Below, in pieces: positions 9,313 through 19,064 of a stretch of 34,925 nucleotides of DNA. Within the stretch, counting starts at the first letter, position 1. Every line of letters begins with the position of its first letter. This DNA comes from Coleofasciculus chthonoplastes F2-STO-03 (GTDB taxonomy: Bacteria > Cyanobacteriota > Cyanobacteriia > Cyanobacteriales > Coleofasciculaceae): positions 1 to 34,925 of the forward strand of contig JAVJWO010000172.1 of assembly GCA_040222015.1 (NCBI GenBank), written 5' to 3'. The notes beneath the pieces were generated by a model that ran no database searches, had not been told where the DNA came from, and worked only from the letters and a program-made list of their open reading frames with translations. Made by a program: the position numbers and the translations under genes.

Positions 9313-12300
9313 ATCATACTATTAGGTGAAGAAGGTGATGGAAAAACCTGGAGTGCTGCATCGTGGCTGTGTCACCGAATCAAAACTGATCAGCAATTCC
9401 CTCCAGTTTTGTTCTTATCATCAACGAATGTCGATAGTAATGAACCAGAGACTTTATTGTCGGGATTTCTTTCTAGCCCTCGCCGCTTTCCTGTTTGGCA
9501 GCAAGAGCAATGGAACAAGCGGATAGCTCGGTGGACACAGAGAGATACCAGTCACGCTCCTATATTTATTTTAGTCCTTGATGGTATTAACGAGCGACGG
9601 GATTGTAACTGGTGGCGGACACTCCTTGAGAAACTTATGGGACAGCCGTGGGGTAATCAAGTGGCTGTTTTGATTACCTGCCGTTCGGCTTATTGGCAGC
9701 GAAACTTTGAGCCACTGGGTTATATACAAGCGGATAAGTATGAGTTGCCTGCTTATAGCGATCGCGAATTACAAGAAGCTCTAGATTATTATAATCTACG
9801 GCGTTCAGATATTCAAGCTCTCCTACCTCTTATTCGTAAGCCCCGCTACTTTTATCTAACGGTTAAATATCGCGAACGTATTGAAGAAAGCGGAGATGTA
9901 ACCATTGCTCGTCTTATTTATGAAGATTGGCGAGATCGATTGGAGATAAAGCGAGACATTCCATTAAATGATCAGTCGTTTCAATCGTGTATTCGATATT
10001 TAGCTGCTAAATACCAAGATGGAAGCAAATATGTCACGGAACAGGATATTGGTAACGCCTTACCTTTATCTAGCGATAAGCTAACCATACTAGAAGAACT
10101 GCGAACGGGTGGAATTCTGGAAAATAAAAGAGGAAAATATAAAGTTAATGAACAGTTTTTAAGATATGGCTTCGCTCTACTGCTAATTGATGAACTCGAA
10201 GAAGAGAGTGAAAATCAAGAGCAAGACTTAACAGATGTTATTGCTAAATGGCTTGAGCCACAAGCTGAGATGGATATCGAGGCGGCTATTTGTGGGTTGG
10301 CAACGCTTTACGCCTTACATTTACGTGATTATCCAAGAGAGGCGAAGTTTGCACTTTTACAGATATTAGTCAATAGTCAGAATCCCGGACCAACCGTAGA
10401 AACAGAGTTTATTGCCTATTTACCGATTGAACCACAACTCTATATTGACCTTGCCGAAATAGTATGGTCGGATTCTCGTGAAAATGTATGGGGTCAAGAA
10501 CTGCTAATGCGGTCTTTTTTGCGTTGGCGTGAATCACCAAAAGTTATATCTGAACTCCACTCAGCCTTTGAAAGTTGGTTGGGATTTGTTCATCTCTACG
10601 GATTTTCGTGGCAACGGTGCAATTCAAGACAAAGGGCTGAAGAAATCAAGCAGGAAATTTGTAATCGCATTGGAGAACAACTCGAACCTGGACAAGAATT
10701 TACCCTGGGTGAGTACAGATTCACGGCTATCAAAGATGATGGGTTACTGCGTCTTGGACGAGTCGCACTGGCTGTCATCTCGCACCTACCACGCGGTAAT
10801 TTTATACATATCATTGCTACAGGATGTTTGGCTGAAGCAATAATGGGAGAACCCGATAAGTATAACCTTTTTGCTTGGCTTTTCCGTACTGCGTCGGCAT
10901 CAGTTTGGATAGCAGTTAAGGATGAAGTTGAACAGCTTCTCGAAGTCAATCATATCGTGGCTCAACAGGCGGCTTATCGACTCCTTTCCTTTGAGGGTAG
11001 TCCAGACGCTTATCAATTGCAGCAAAGTTTGCCACAGGATTTATTTCCGCCTCATTCGATTCTTGAAGAATACAAAGAAGATCCCTGTACTTCTGGGTTT
11101 CAATGGACTCAATCTGACTGTGAAACTTGCCTGACTAGAGAAGATATCACCCTCGAACAAATCGCTAGACAAATCAAGGAACATTGTATTAATCCAAACT
11201 TATCAGTTCCCAGTGATTTAGGACAACGTCTTGCGCCATTAACTGAAACTATATCTATCCAACAAGTAGTAATTAATCTTGGTCAAACTATAGATGATGT
11301 CAAACTTAAGGATTATGAACCAGCGCTCTGTGCTTATGCCCCAAACGCTATAGCCGAGTTAGTGCGACGTATTACTCGCCAAATCGATGAACGTGAAGAC
11401 TTTGAATTACGGCAACTGAGTATAAGACTAAAAAAATATGCACTTATTTTTGGCACGGAAGAACAGGATAGTATATATCGTGCTTGGACTCGTCTACAGG
11501 ATAGAGCAGACTCATGGAATGAAGCTGAAAAATATGCTGAAAGTTTACTGTTTAGGTTAGTTTTGAAAAATCATGATGCTGAGGAGCAACTTGTCTCCCT
11601 CCTGAGGCGACATGAAAAATCAGAAAACTTAGTATCTCATGAAAAGTTATTTCTTCAAGTTACAAATTGGGATAGTGTACGCACGTACTTTCAATTTAAT
11701 TTAAATACTATAAGTATTCAGCGTATACTCTGGTTTATATCGATTCACCCAGAAAACCTGCCACAAGACATTCTCCATCAGCAAATAGTTCCCTTGTTAG
11801 CTCATGAGGATAGTCTTGTGCGTTTGCATATTCTACGAATTCTGTATTTCCGAAAAGACAAAACAGCCATTGAAACAGTTGTTGATAGTAAATGGACTTA
11901 TAACACCAATAATAGCGACGTAGAAAACCAATGGGGTAGCTTGTTACTGGGTAAGTATGCCACTTCTTTGCCATATTCAGAGTTAAGCCATCGTATCCAT
12001 CCAATTTATTTAGGATATGCTGTTCAATGTCGAGGTATGAACAAGCATGAGGTTAGTCAGTATGCAGAAGATATTCAACTTATTTGGTCAAGCTTCACTC
12101 AAGAAAGACCTGATTTACTTCCGAGTGATATTTCTCTTTCAGTCACAGCGAGTCTTGGGGAAGATGACGATATTGAGATGAGTTATTGGAGTGCTTCATC
12201 TAAAAATTCTTCTTCTCCGTCATTAAGAATATTCAGTAGAGGTGCGGCTTGGGGAGGAATTGGCAAAGGCAATATTCAAGACTGGGTAGAAAGAATGAAG

Positions 12301-13293
12301 CAAAATATACAAGAAATGACGTCGCCAAATCCTGACCAATATTACCAAAAACAATGGCAAGCTGCACAAGAGACAGTTAGAAAACAAGAAAATGATGGAA
12401 ATTTTTGGTTTGCTAAACGCTTTTTTCCTCATGCTTTAGAGCAAATTTTGAGTGAACGTTCAGATTTGGTGGAACAGTGGCTCCAAGCCATATTTACCGA
12501 CGATATCGAAAAGATACAACAGTTACATCTAGTTAGTTCGTTTTACGAAGCCCTCTGCGAAGTTTTACTAAAACAACCGAACCCCGACAAAGGGATACAG
12601 TTATATTGGCAACTTCAAAAGCTAGAGAGGAGAATTGGGATTGAGGATAAGCATTCTGGGTTTGAATTCCTTGATTATGCCTTGTTTCAATCTCCTTGCG
12701 TAGATTCTACAAAACAGGCTTGGAGAACCAAGTTAGAACAATGTAAAACTGACAGAGAATTGTTAGAACTAGCTATTCTGGCTCAGTCCGGAAATGGTCG
12801 TGATTGGCTTTGGTTAAATATTGAATCAGGAATTCAATCACTAGCCCCTATTGAAAAGTCTCGTGTGATCACATTATTGGCATTTATACAAGAATCGAAA
12901 GCTGGCGAATGGCTGAATTCGCTGGTGCAAGAACAACCCGATACCTGGCTCAAAAAATTAGCGGAGATATCCCATCACCGTTGGCAAAAGAATAATTGGG
13001 CGATACACTGGTTCTGTCAGTTTATCAATGCTGATGATGATGTGATATCTTGGACATCATTTCGCTTATTTTTGCGTTGTGTCGATAGTCGTTTTTGGGT
13101 TTGGCGAGATCAGGTTAAAGCTGAAGGTTCTGTCAGCACGTTTAACCAAAAGCGTCGCCAATTCCTAGAGGATAATTTAGAAACCATCAAACATAGGATA
13201 CAAAAAAACGAGGAACCATTAGAAAAGAATTATTTGGGACATAAGATATTATTTGGTCAAGCTTTTCCTTGGATGTCAGATCCACTCCAGTAG
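9313..13293 (+). CDS. STAND-class (NACHT/Avs-like) P-loop NTPase with a long helical C-terminal region, apparently 5'-truncated
   Basis: The frame is open from 9304. It contains IILLGEEGDGKT (Walker A, upstream of the called TTG at 9409), ILVLDGINE (Walker B), VLITCR (sensor-1) and LIRKP. It is AT-richer than its neighbours. Confidence 0.75.
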   Translation: MILLGEEGDGKTWSAASWLCHRIKTDQQFPPVLFLSSTNVDSNEPETLLSGFLSSPRRFPVWQQEQWNKRIARWTQRDTSHAPIFILVLDGINERRDCNWWRTLLEKLMGQPWGNQVAVLITCRSAYWQRNFEPLGYIQADKYELPAYSDRELQEALDYYNLRRSDIQALLPLIRKPRYFYLTVKYRERIEESGDVTIARLIYEDWRDRLEIKRDIPLNDQSFQSCIRYLAAKYQDGSKYVTEQDIGNALPLSSDKLTILEELRTGGILENKRGKYKVNEQFLRYGFALLLIDELEEESENQEQDLTDVIAKWLEPQAEMDIEAAICGLATLYALHLRDYPREAKFALLQILVNSQNPGPTVETEFIAYLPIEPQLYIDLAEIVWSDSRENVWGQELLMRSFLRWRESPKVISELHSAFESWLGFVHLYGFSWQRCNSRQRAEEIKQEICNRIGEQLEPGQEFTLGEYRFTAIKDDGLLRLGRVALAVISHLPRGNFIHIIATGCLAEAIMGEPDKYNLFAWLFRTASASVWIAVKDEVEQLLEVNHIVAQQAAYRLLSFEGSPDAYQLQQSLPQDLFPPHSILEEYKEDPCTSGFQWTQSDCETCLTREDITLEQIARQIKEHCINPNLSVPSDLGQRLAPLTETISIQQVVINLGQTIDDVKLKDYEPALCAYAPNAIAELVRRITRQIDEREDFELRQLSIRLKKYALIFGTEEQDSIYRAWTRLQDRADSWNEAEKYAESLLFRLVLKNHDAEEQLVSLLRRHEKSENLVSHEKLFLQVTNWDSVRTYFQFNLNTISIQRILWFISIHPENLPQDILHQQIVPLLAHEDSLVRLHILRILYFRKDKTAIETVVDSKWTYNTNNSDVENQWGSLLLGKYATSLPYSELSHRIHPIYLGYAVQCRGMNKHEVSQYAEDIQLIWSSFTQERPDLLPSDISLSVTASLGEDDDIEMSYWSASSKNSSSPSLRIFSRGAAWGGIGKGNIQDWVERMKQNIQEMTSPNPDQYYQKQWQAAQETVRKQENDGNFWFAKRFFPHALEQILSERSDLVEQWLQAIFTDDIEKIQQLHLVSSFYEALCEVLLKQPNPDKGIQLYWQLQKLERRIGIEDKHSGFEFLDYALFQSPCVDSTKQAWRTKLEQCKTDRELLELAILAQSGNGRDWLWLNIESGIQSLAPIEKSRVITLLAFIQESKAGEWLNSLVQEQPDTWLKKLAEISHHRWQKNNWAIHWFCQFINADDDVISWTSFRLFLRCVDSRFWVWRDQVKAEGSVSTFNQKRRQFLEDNLETIKHRIQKNEEPLEKNYLGHKILFGQAFPWMSDPLQ

Positions 13294-13306
13294 GATAGTA
13301 GCATAC

Positions 13307-13568
13307 CTAATTTAGTCGATTAGCATTACATCCAGGAACCGTAGGGGCGCACGCTCCGTGCGCCCATCAAACTGTAAAATCTATCCCATAATTTTATTCA
13401 GAACGGTGCGTTACGCTTTGCTAACGCACCCTACTGGCTAATTGAGTAGATTAGCATTACATCGATAAACCGTAGGGGCGCACGCTCCGTGCGCCCATAA
13501 AACCATAAAATCTATTCCATAATTTTAGTATTCAGAACGGTGCGTTACGCTTCGCTAACGCACCCTAC
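13307..13568. repeat. Two ~131-bp tandem units, each with a pair of convergent REP hairpins (BIME-like)
   Basis: Units 13307-13434 and 13438-13568 each carry gtaggggcgcacgctccgtgcgccc and ggtgcgttacgcttYgctaacgcaccctac. Confidence 0.88.
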
Positions 13569-13701
13569 AATTGGCTTAAAATGGTGCAGATAAGGGTAAA
13601 ATCTAGCTGTAAACATTCAACGCTAGGACAGGTTTTGTTGATCAATTATCGGTTACAATCTTTGCTAACGGCGTCAACCTGCCTCAACGGGATTGATTAG
13701 T

Positions 13702-14712
13702 TTAAGGTATGAATTTGGATGTCTCAGCGGCTTGAATCTCCTGTGCTACGGCGGCTAACACCGCATCATGAATCGCCCCATTACTGGCAATAATCCCCTG
13801 ATTGTTGAACAGTTTAGTTCCACAGGCAAAGTCTAAGGGTTTACCATACATATCGGTGACTCGTCCCCCGGCTTCTTCCAAGACAACGACACCAGCGGCA
13901 TGATCCCATATATTTTGCCGTTTTGAGGACTCCAGGGGAAACGGTAAGCGGATGTAGAGATCGGCTTCCCCTCGGGCAATAATGCCGTATTTGACCATGG
14001 AATCAATCTGGAGGGAAGGGGTGATAAAACCAAGGGATTGAGTGATAGCGGCTTGCAATTCGGGGTTCCCATGAGACGATTCTACACTTTGGACTAATCG
14101 GAGAGACTCGATGCGATCGCATTCATTGACACGGATTGTCTGAGGTTGATCTCCAGCTAAGGGGATTAAGGTGGTTCCTTGTCCTTTGACACCGACAAAC
14201 AGAACGCCGCGATCGCCATCCGGTTGATTGGGATGAATGGGAATCGCCGGACATCCTAATACCCCCAGTTTCACTTCACCGTCTTCAATTAACGCTAAGG
14301 CGATCGCGTAATTTTCACCTCGGACATAACCTTTTGTCCCATCAATCGGATCAACAGTCCAATAGCGATCTGCCACTTGACCCGTACCCCGATCAATCCA
14401 GGTGATAATGGTTTCCGGTGTAGCCTCAGCAATCTGGTGTTTAACATAATGAGTCACCCCTGTCAACTGTTGCGTCATCGCCGGTTGTCGCAACAAGCTA
14501 GAGTTTTCCTCACCCACGATGGGATCACCGGGAAACGCCTCGGCTAATACCCGACATATAACCGCTTGTGTGCCAAAATCAGCCACAGTCACCGGAGAGC
14601 GATCGGGTTTGGTTAGGGTTAAGGAACCCTCTTCCTGACGCACTTGTTCACATAATTGAGCCGCAGCCGTTACAGCTTGGATGGCAATTTGTTTTTCTCG
14701 CTGGTAGGACAT
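13702..14712 (-). CDS. 3'(2'),5'-bisphosphate nucleotidase (HAL2-like, inositol monophosphatase family)
   Basis: SPVTVAD, IVGEE, WTVDPIDGTKG and IWDHAAG motifs. Confidence 0.92.
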   Translation of the reverse strand: MSYQREKQIAIQAVTAAAQLCEQVRQEEGSLTLTKPDRSPVTVADFGTQAVICRVLAEAFPGDPIVGEENSSLLRQPAMTQQLTGVTHYVKHQIAEATPETIITWIDRGTGQVADRYWTVDPIDGTKGYVRGENYAIALALIEDGEVKLGVLGCPAIPIHPNQPDGDRGVLFVGVKGQGTTLIPLAGDQPQTIRVNECDRIESLRLVQSVESSHGNPELQAAITQSLGFITPSLQIDSMVKYGIIARGEADLYIRLPFPLESSKRQNIWDHAAGVVVLEEAGGRVTDMYGKPLDFACGTKLFNNQGIIASNGAIHDAVLAAVAQEIQAAETSKFIP

Positions 14713-14787
14713 GGTTTATGCTGAGTTCCTATCTTGACCCCGTTAGTATAGAGGTTGTTTGCTCAATTAAGGTTAAGGTATCAATCG

Positions 14788-15945
14788 TTATCGTTCCATT
14801 CCCTGAGCCTCTTGACTAGAACTGTCAGAATCAGCATCGGTATTAGAAGCGATAGCCAAAGTATTCTGGGATTTTTTTTCGTTCAAAGGATTGGAGAAAA
14901 AATCTCCCGTCTGAGGCGGTAACGTGGGGTCAAGTACAATTTCCGCCAAACTTTTCACCACACCCGTCACCGGAATCGCCAGAATGACGCCCAAGATGCC
15001 GCCAATTTTAGCCCCCAACAACAAAGACGTTAGAATAATCACAGGCGATAAACCAGTTAAATTGCCCATAATTCGCGGAGCAATTATATTATCTTTGACC
15101 TGTTGCAAGGCGACAGATACTCCCAAGACTTCCAAGGCTAGCCACCAATCAATAAAGGCGACGACAATGACCACGGTAGCAATTCCCAGAGTGGCGCCGA
15201 CAAAGGGAATAATCTCCATGAAGCCGATAAAAACAGCAAACAGCAGAAAAAATGGCACTTGTAATAAACGGAAGCCCAAGGTTAATGTTGTTGCCATAAA
15301 CAACCCTAGTAAGAGTTGACCTGATACAAACCGCTGAAGATTGCGTCGCAGTGCTTGAGTTAATCCATAACGGATTTTGGCAGAGACAATACTGGTAAGA
15401 CCGCGCCATAGTCGTTCACCATCAATGAGCATATAAAACGAAAGGACGAGGACTAAAATTAAGTCTATAAACCAGTTAAATGTCCCCACAACCAAGCCCA
15501 AACCCGTTGACGCGATCGCTTCGGCTTGAGCTTGGATACGTGCCAACAGTTGAGATCCTAAAATTCGCACATCAAAGGGCAGATTATGTTCCAAACTCCA
15601 CGTTTGAAAATCCACCAATTGCTGTTGACCTTGTTCGAGTAATTCTGGGAAACGAATCACTAATTGCCGTCCTTGATTAAATACGGGTGGTGCTAGCGTG
15701 AGGGCAATTAAAACAACAAAAACCGCAGCGACTAAATAAACCAAAATCGCCGCCACTGTTCGAGGTAAGAAGGGTCGCAGTACCCGAACGGCATAGTCGA
15801 GCAAAAATGCAATCAGAGACGCTGTGAGCAAAATACTAATGATTTCGCCCACATAACTCAGCGCACTCAGCGTGACCCAACCTGTTACTAACACCAGCAA
15901 CCATGTGATTAGAACTTTTTGAATCGGTGAAAATATAGAATTCAT
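14788..15945 (-). CDS. AI-2E family transporter
   Basis: Multi-TM protein with EIIPFVG and QQVKDNIIAPRIMG..GLSP. Probable ATG at 15945. Confidence 0.9.
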   Translation of the reverse strand: MNSIFSPIQKVLITWLLVLVTGWVTLSALSYVGEIISILLTASLIAFLLDYAVRVLRPFLPRTVAAILVYLVAAVFVVLIALTLAPPVFNQGRQLVIRFPELLEQGQQQLVDFQTWSLEHNLPFDVRILGSQLLARIQAQAEAIASTGLGLVVGTFNWFIDLILVLVLSFYMLIDGERLWRGLTSIVSAKIRYGLTQALRRNLQRFVSGQLLLGLFMATTLTLGFRLLQVPFFLLFAVFIGFMEIIPFVGATLGIATVVIVVAFIDWWLALEVLGVSVALQQVKDNIIAPRIMGNLTGLSPVIILTSLLLGAKIGGILGVILAIPVTGVVKSLAEIVLDPTLPPQTGDFFSNPLNEKKSQNTLAIASNTDADSDSSSQEAQGMER

Positions 15946-16786
15946 CGTAGTTTTCTGGTTAGCAAAACCTGGCATCCACCTTAAAGAGTTTAACTTGAGA
16001 CGATAGAATTGCAAACGGGTACACGTTTGTGGGTGTCATGACCCCAATACCCTAGTTCCAGTGGTTAGGAACTTAGGCGGGTCAACAAGACTTTTGGTTT
16101 CCCGCCAGCCGCATTCTCTCCCTAAGGTGAGTGTGGGATAGTTGACTATCATCACGTCGCCATTGAGTAAAATAAGACTCCAAACTTAGGGTAGCAGGTT
16201 AGCGATCAATTTTCAGGTCTAACTGGAGTTCATAACCTTCCTGGTGCTGTATGAGAGATTTTCTCACCTAATGAGATTGTCAACGAATCTAGGTAGAGAG
16301 ATAATTAAGTGGAGAAATGTGGGGAAGGTTTGCTCCATTTATAACTTAAGTGGGTCATGCTTAAGATGGATGACTTTAGGAGTAGATTGTGATGGAAGTT
16401 TTAAATCCAAATTATTTGGCGGCATAGAACTAAGTTCAATGATCTCGAAAATCGGGGTTATTTACTCCAAGGGATAATTTATTTGTTACCCTAATCAATA
16501 GATGAAGTTGGATAGAGCGGCTTGACTGTAGCGACTAGTACCCCTAGGCGGAAGTCAGGAGTCATGTATAGACTCAATATCTGGCATCTGCCAAAGTTCT
16601 GTTGTCATGCCTAGGTACAACTGATTTGAAGGGTTGGTAAATTTACGCCATGCTGTGCTAAGGAACAAAAGAGTGCCATTGATACTGAATCGGGTTAAAT
16701 CTCTAATGAGTTGAGGGCTGAATTAAGTCTATGCTATAAATAGAGTCTTTGAATGAAATCTTATTGGGTGGAGTAGATCGAGTAGA

Positions 16787-17185
16787 ATGAAACAAGTGGG
16801 AACTCATCTGGTCGTTGACGCATGGGAAGCGCCTGAAGACCTTCTCAATGATCCTGAGGGAATTCGCCGCGCCTTAATTGATGCGATTTCTGTTGGAGAA
16901 GGCACTCTAATTGATTTATGTGTACACCAGTTTAGTCCCCACGGAGTCACGGCGACAGCGACATTGGCGGAGTCTCATATTGCCATCCATACCTGGCCCG
17001 AACATGGCTATTTTGCCGCTGATTTATTTTTTTGCGGCTGCGGTAAGCCAAAGGAAGCCATGAAACTGCTACAAAAAGCGCTCCAAGCTAAGCAGGTGCG
17101 AATGAGAGAAATTGTACGCGGTTTTGAGAATATGCCGGAAATTCAGGAGCGAATCGAAGAGTCAGTCTATCAGATGGTGAGTTGA
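16787..17185 (+). CDS. speD: S-adenosylmethionine decarboxylase proenzyme (pyruvoyl-dependent)
   Basis: GTHLVVD, FSPHGVT, LAESHIAIHTWPE and FFCG. Confidence 0.9.
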   Translation: MKQVGTHLVVDAWEAPEDLLNDPEGIRRALIDAISVGEGTLIDLCVHQFSPHGVTATATLAESHIAIHTWPEHGYFAADLFFCGCGKPKEAMKLLQKALQAKQVRMREIVRGFENMPEIQERIEESVYQMVS

Positions 17186-17263
17186 AATCCTCCCCTAATA
17201 TACCTAATTAGGGCTTAGTGGGGGATTACGAGGTTAGGTAGATTCACCCGGGAGGAAAAAATC

Positions 17264-17566
17264 ATGTTCGAGACAATTATTGTGTTTGTCTTGGGTTTGA
17301 CCCCTCCACTGCTTTCGATATGGGTGATGCATAGAACAAAGGAACAAGCGCAAATCCGGTTAAGAAACTCGATTCAAGCATCAACAACGGCTAGGGTACT
17401 GCCAAGAAATTCATTACCGCCTGATCAATATTATCTGGAAGGCGTTGGTTATTTAATTGGTGATATTACCTGTCGATTTAATGCTCGTTCGGCTTATATC
17501 CGCTGTGCAGTTAATCCGTCAGGTCTTTGTGATAACTGTTGCGACTACCAACCCAGGGAATCTTAA
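17264..17566 (+). CDS. Conserved cyanobacterial small membrane protein (DUF6464-like)
   Basis: N-terminal TM, then IGDITCRFNARSAYIRCAVNPSGLCDNC. Confidence 0.75.
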   Translation: MFETIIVFVLGLTPPLLSIWVMHRTKEQAQIRLRNSIQASTTARVLPRNSLPPDQYYLEGVGYLIGDITCRFNARSAYIRCAVNPSGLCDNCCDYQPRES

Positions 17567-17591
17567 GGTAAAACACACAACCTGTTGATTG

Positions 17592-17654
17592 GTAGGGGCG
17601 GGTTTAGGGATTAACCTTCCTTATTTCTTTTAACTGAACTACAAAACCCGCCCT
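17592..17654. repeat. GTAGGGGCGGGTTT REP-like inverted repeat between convergent genes
   Basis: gtaggggcgggttt ... aaacccgccct. Confidence 0.8.
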
Positions 17655-17674
17655 GATCCCCAGATAAATTGGAT

Positions 17675-18520
17675 TCAAGGTTTCTCGCGAAAATAAGCGG
17701 TAGCCAATTGAGTGATGTCTTGAATTTCACTAAAATCAGGACTCTGAATTTGACTATCCATTCCTAGCCAGAGGAGATATTCAATATTACCCGCAGGACC
17801 GGTAATAGGTGACCAGGTTAAGCCTTGATAGACCCAACCTAAATTCTGGGCAGCTGGTAAAATTTGTGCGATCGCGCCAGCCTGATCCTTAGGATCGCGC
17901 ACTACGCCTTTTTTGCCAACCCGTTCTCGTCCCACTTCAAACTGTGGCTTCACCAGTAACACCACCTCACGCGGCGCTTGTAGCAGGTTCCACAAGGCTT
18001 CTAGGATTTTTTTCAGGGAAATAAACGACACATCGACAACTCCTAAATCTGGATAAATTTCCTCCTTGTCTTCCTCGTCTATTCCGAGGGGTTCTCCATA
18101 TAAATCAGCAGGTTGCAAATAGCGTAAATTCGTGCGTTCCTTCAAAATCACCCGGTGATCATTTCGCAATGTCCAAGCAACTTGTCCATACCCCACATCA
18201 ACACCGTAAACCCGTTTTGCTCCCTTTTGCAGTAAGCAGTCGGTAAAGCCTCCCGTGGAAATACCGCCATCTAAGCAAATACGTCCGGCTACCGCTATAC
18301 CAAACTCGTCTAAGGCTTTGACTAACTTTTCCCCACCTCTAGAAACATAAGGGGATTTTTGATTAATTTTAATCTCGGCGGTTGTCTCTATTTCAGTTCC
18401 CGGTTTATCCACAAGCTGCTGATTAACTCGCACTTCTCCCGCCCGAATCAGCCGTTGTGCCTGTTGTCGGGATTCGCATAAGTTAAGGTCTACTAATAAG
18501 GTATCTAGTCGTTGTTTCAA
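17675..18520 (-). CDS. tlyA: TlyA-family rRNA methyltransferase
   Basis: S4 domain RLD, YVSRGGEKL, STGGFTDCLLQ, DVSFISL and LVKPQFE. Confidence 0.95.
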   Translation of the reverse strand: MKQRLDTLLVDLNLCESRQQAQRLIRAGEVRVNQQLVDKPGTEIETTAEIKINQKSPYVSRGGEKLVKALDEFGIAVAGRICLDGGISTGGFTDCLLQKGAKRVYGVDVGYGQVAWTLRNDHRVILKERTNLRYLQPADLYGEPLGIDEEDKEEIYPDLGVVDVSFISLKKILEALWNLLQAPREVVLLVKPQFEVGRERVGKKGVVRDPKDQAGAIAQILPAAQNLGWVYQGLTWSPITGPAGNIEYLLWLGMDSQIQSPDFSEIQDITQLATAYFREKP

Positions 18521-18585
18521 GCGTCTAATCGATCAACAGATAAATTTACCCTATTATCATAAGTAGTCGGACAAAAGTAAAGTTA

Positions 18586-18788
18586 ACCTGAAGTTCCCCC
18601 CGTCCAGATGTACTACAGGGGGCTAAACATTTTGATTTTGACAAGGTAACAGAACCGACTCCTGTACAAAGGAAGGCTTTGGATTTATTGGGCGTCAGCC
18701 TGATTTGTACCCAGTGAATCTCCAAGTAAAATCGCCCTAAGCCAAGAGATGCATACAGTGTGGCGATTTGTCAAAGGGTAACTTCAGT
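18586..18788 (+). mobile_element. Internally deleted IS1634-like element (MITE-sized)
   Basis: Terminal inverted repeats cCTGAAGTTcccc / gggtAACTTCAGt. Internal codons 18637-18717 read FDKVTEPTPVQRKALDLLGVSLICTQ*, like an IS1634 transposase C-terminus. Confidence 0.7.
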
Positions 18789-18849
18789 TTCACAGTGCGA
18801 TCGCGCTTTCTTCACGATACCCTTAAAGGTGCTATTTCGACTTGCGTTT

Positions 18850-19022
18850 TGACTTGGGCGGAATGTTTTAAACAACAATGGCAATATATTGAAACAGCAG
18901 CAGAAAAAATAGGATGCCTCGATAAAATTCACATCTGGCCAGATCCAGAACTAAGAGGTTACATAGAGGATTATAAGATAGAAAAATGGCTCTACAAGCC
19001 TACCATAGAAGAATGGAGGTAA
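18850..19022 (+). pseudogene. Orphan 3' gene fragment of unknown family
   Basis: The protein-like tail WAECFKQQWQYIE..IHIWPDPELRGY is AT-rich. The called start lies inside the IS end. Confidence 0.35.
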
Positions 19023-19064
19023 TTTCACCCGTCAGATGGTCGATGAAAGTTCAAACAACTCCGA

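Noticed and set aside
9309..9329. Stop-codon read-through fusing the kinase to the NTPase
   Set aside because: The kinase frame meets TGA at 9327. The kinase TM helix would also place a fused NTPase outside the cytoplasm.
13307..13568. Possible CRISPR mini-array
   Set aside because: The intervening sequences are duplicated too, so they are not unique spacers; the hairpins are REP-type.
14770..14777. CTTAACCT Pho-box unit upstream of the nucleotidase
   Set aside because: Single unit without correctly spaced partners.
15946..16786. SAM riboswitch upstream of speD, and ORF 16244-16477
   Set aside because: No recognisable riboswitch core by eye; the ORF has no family features.
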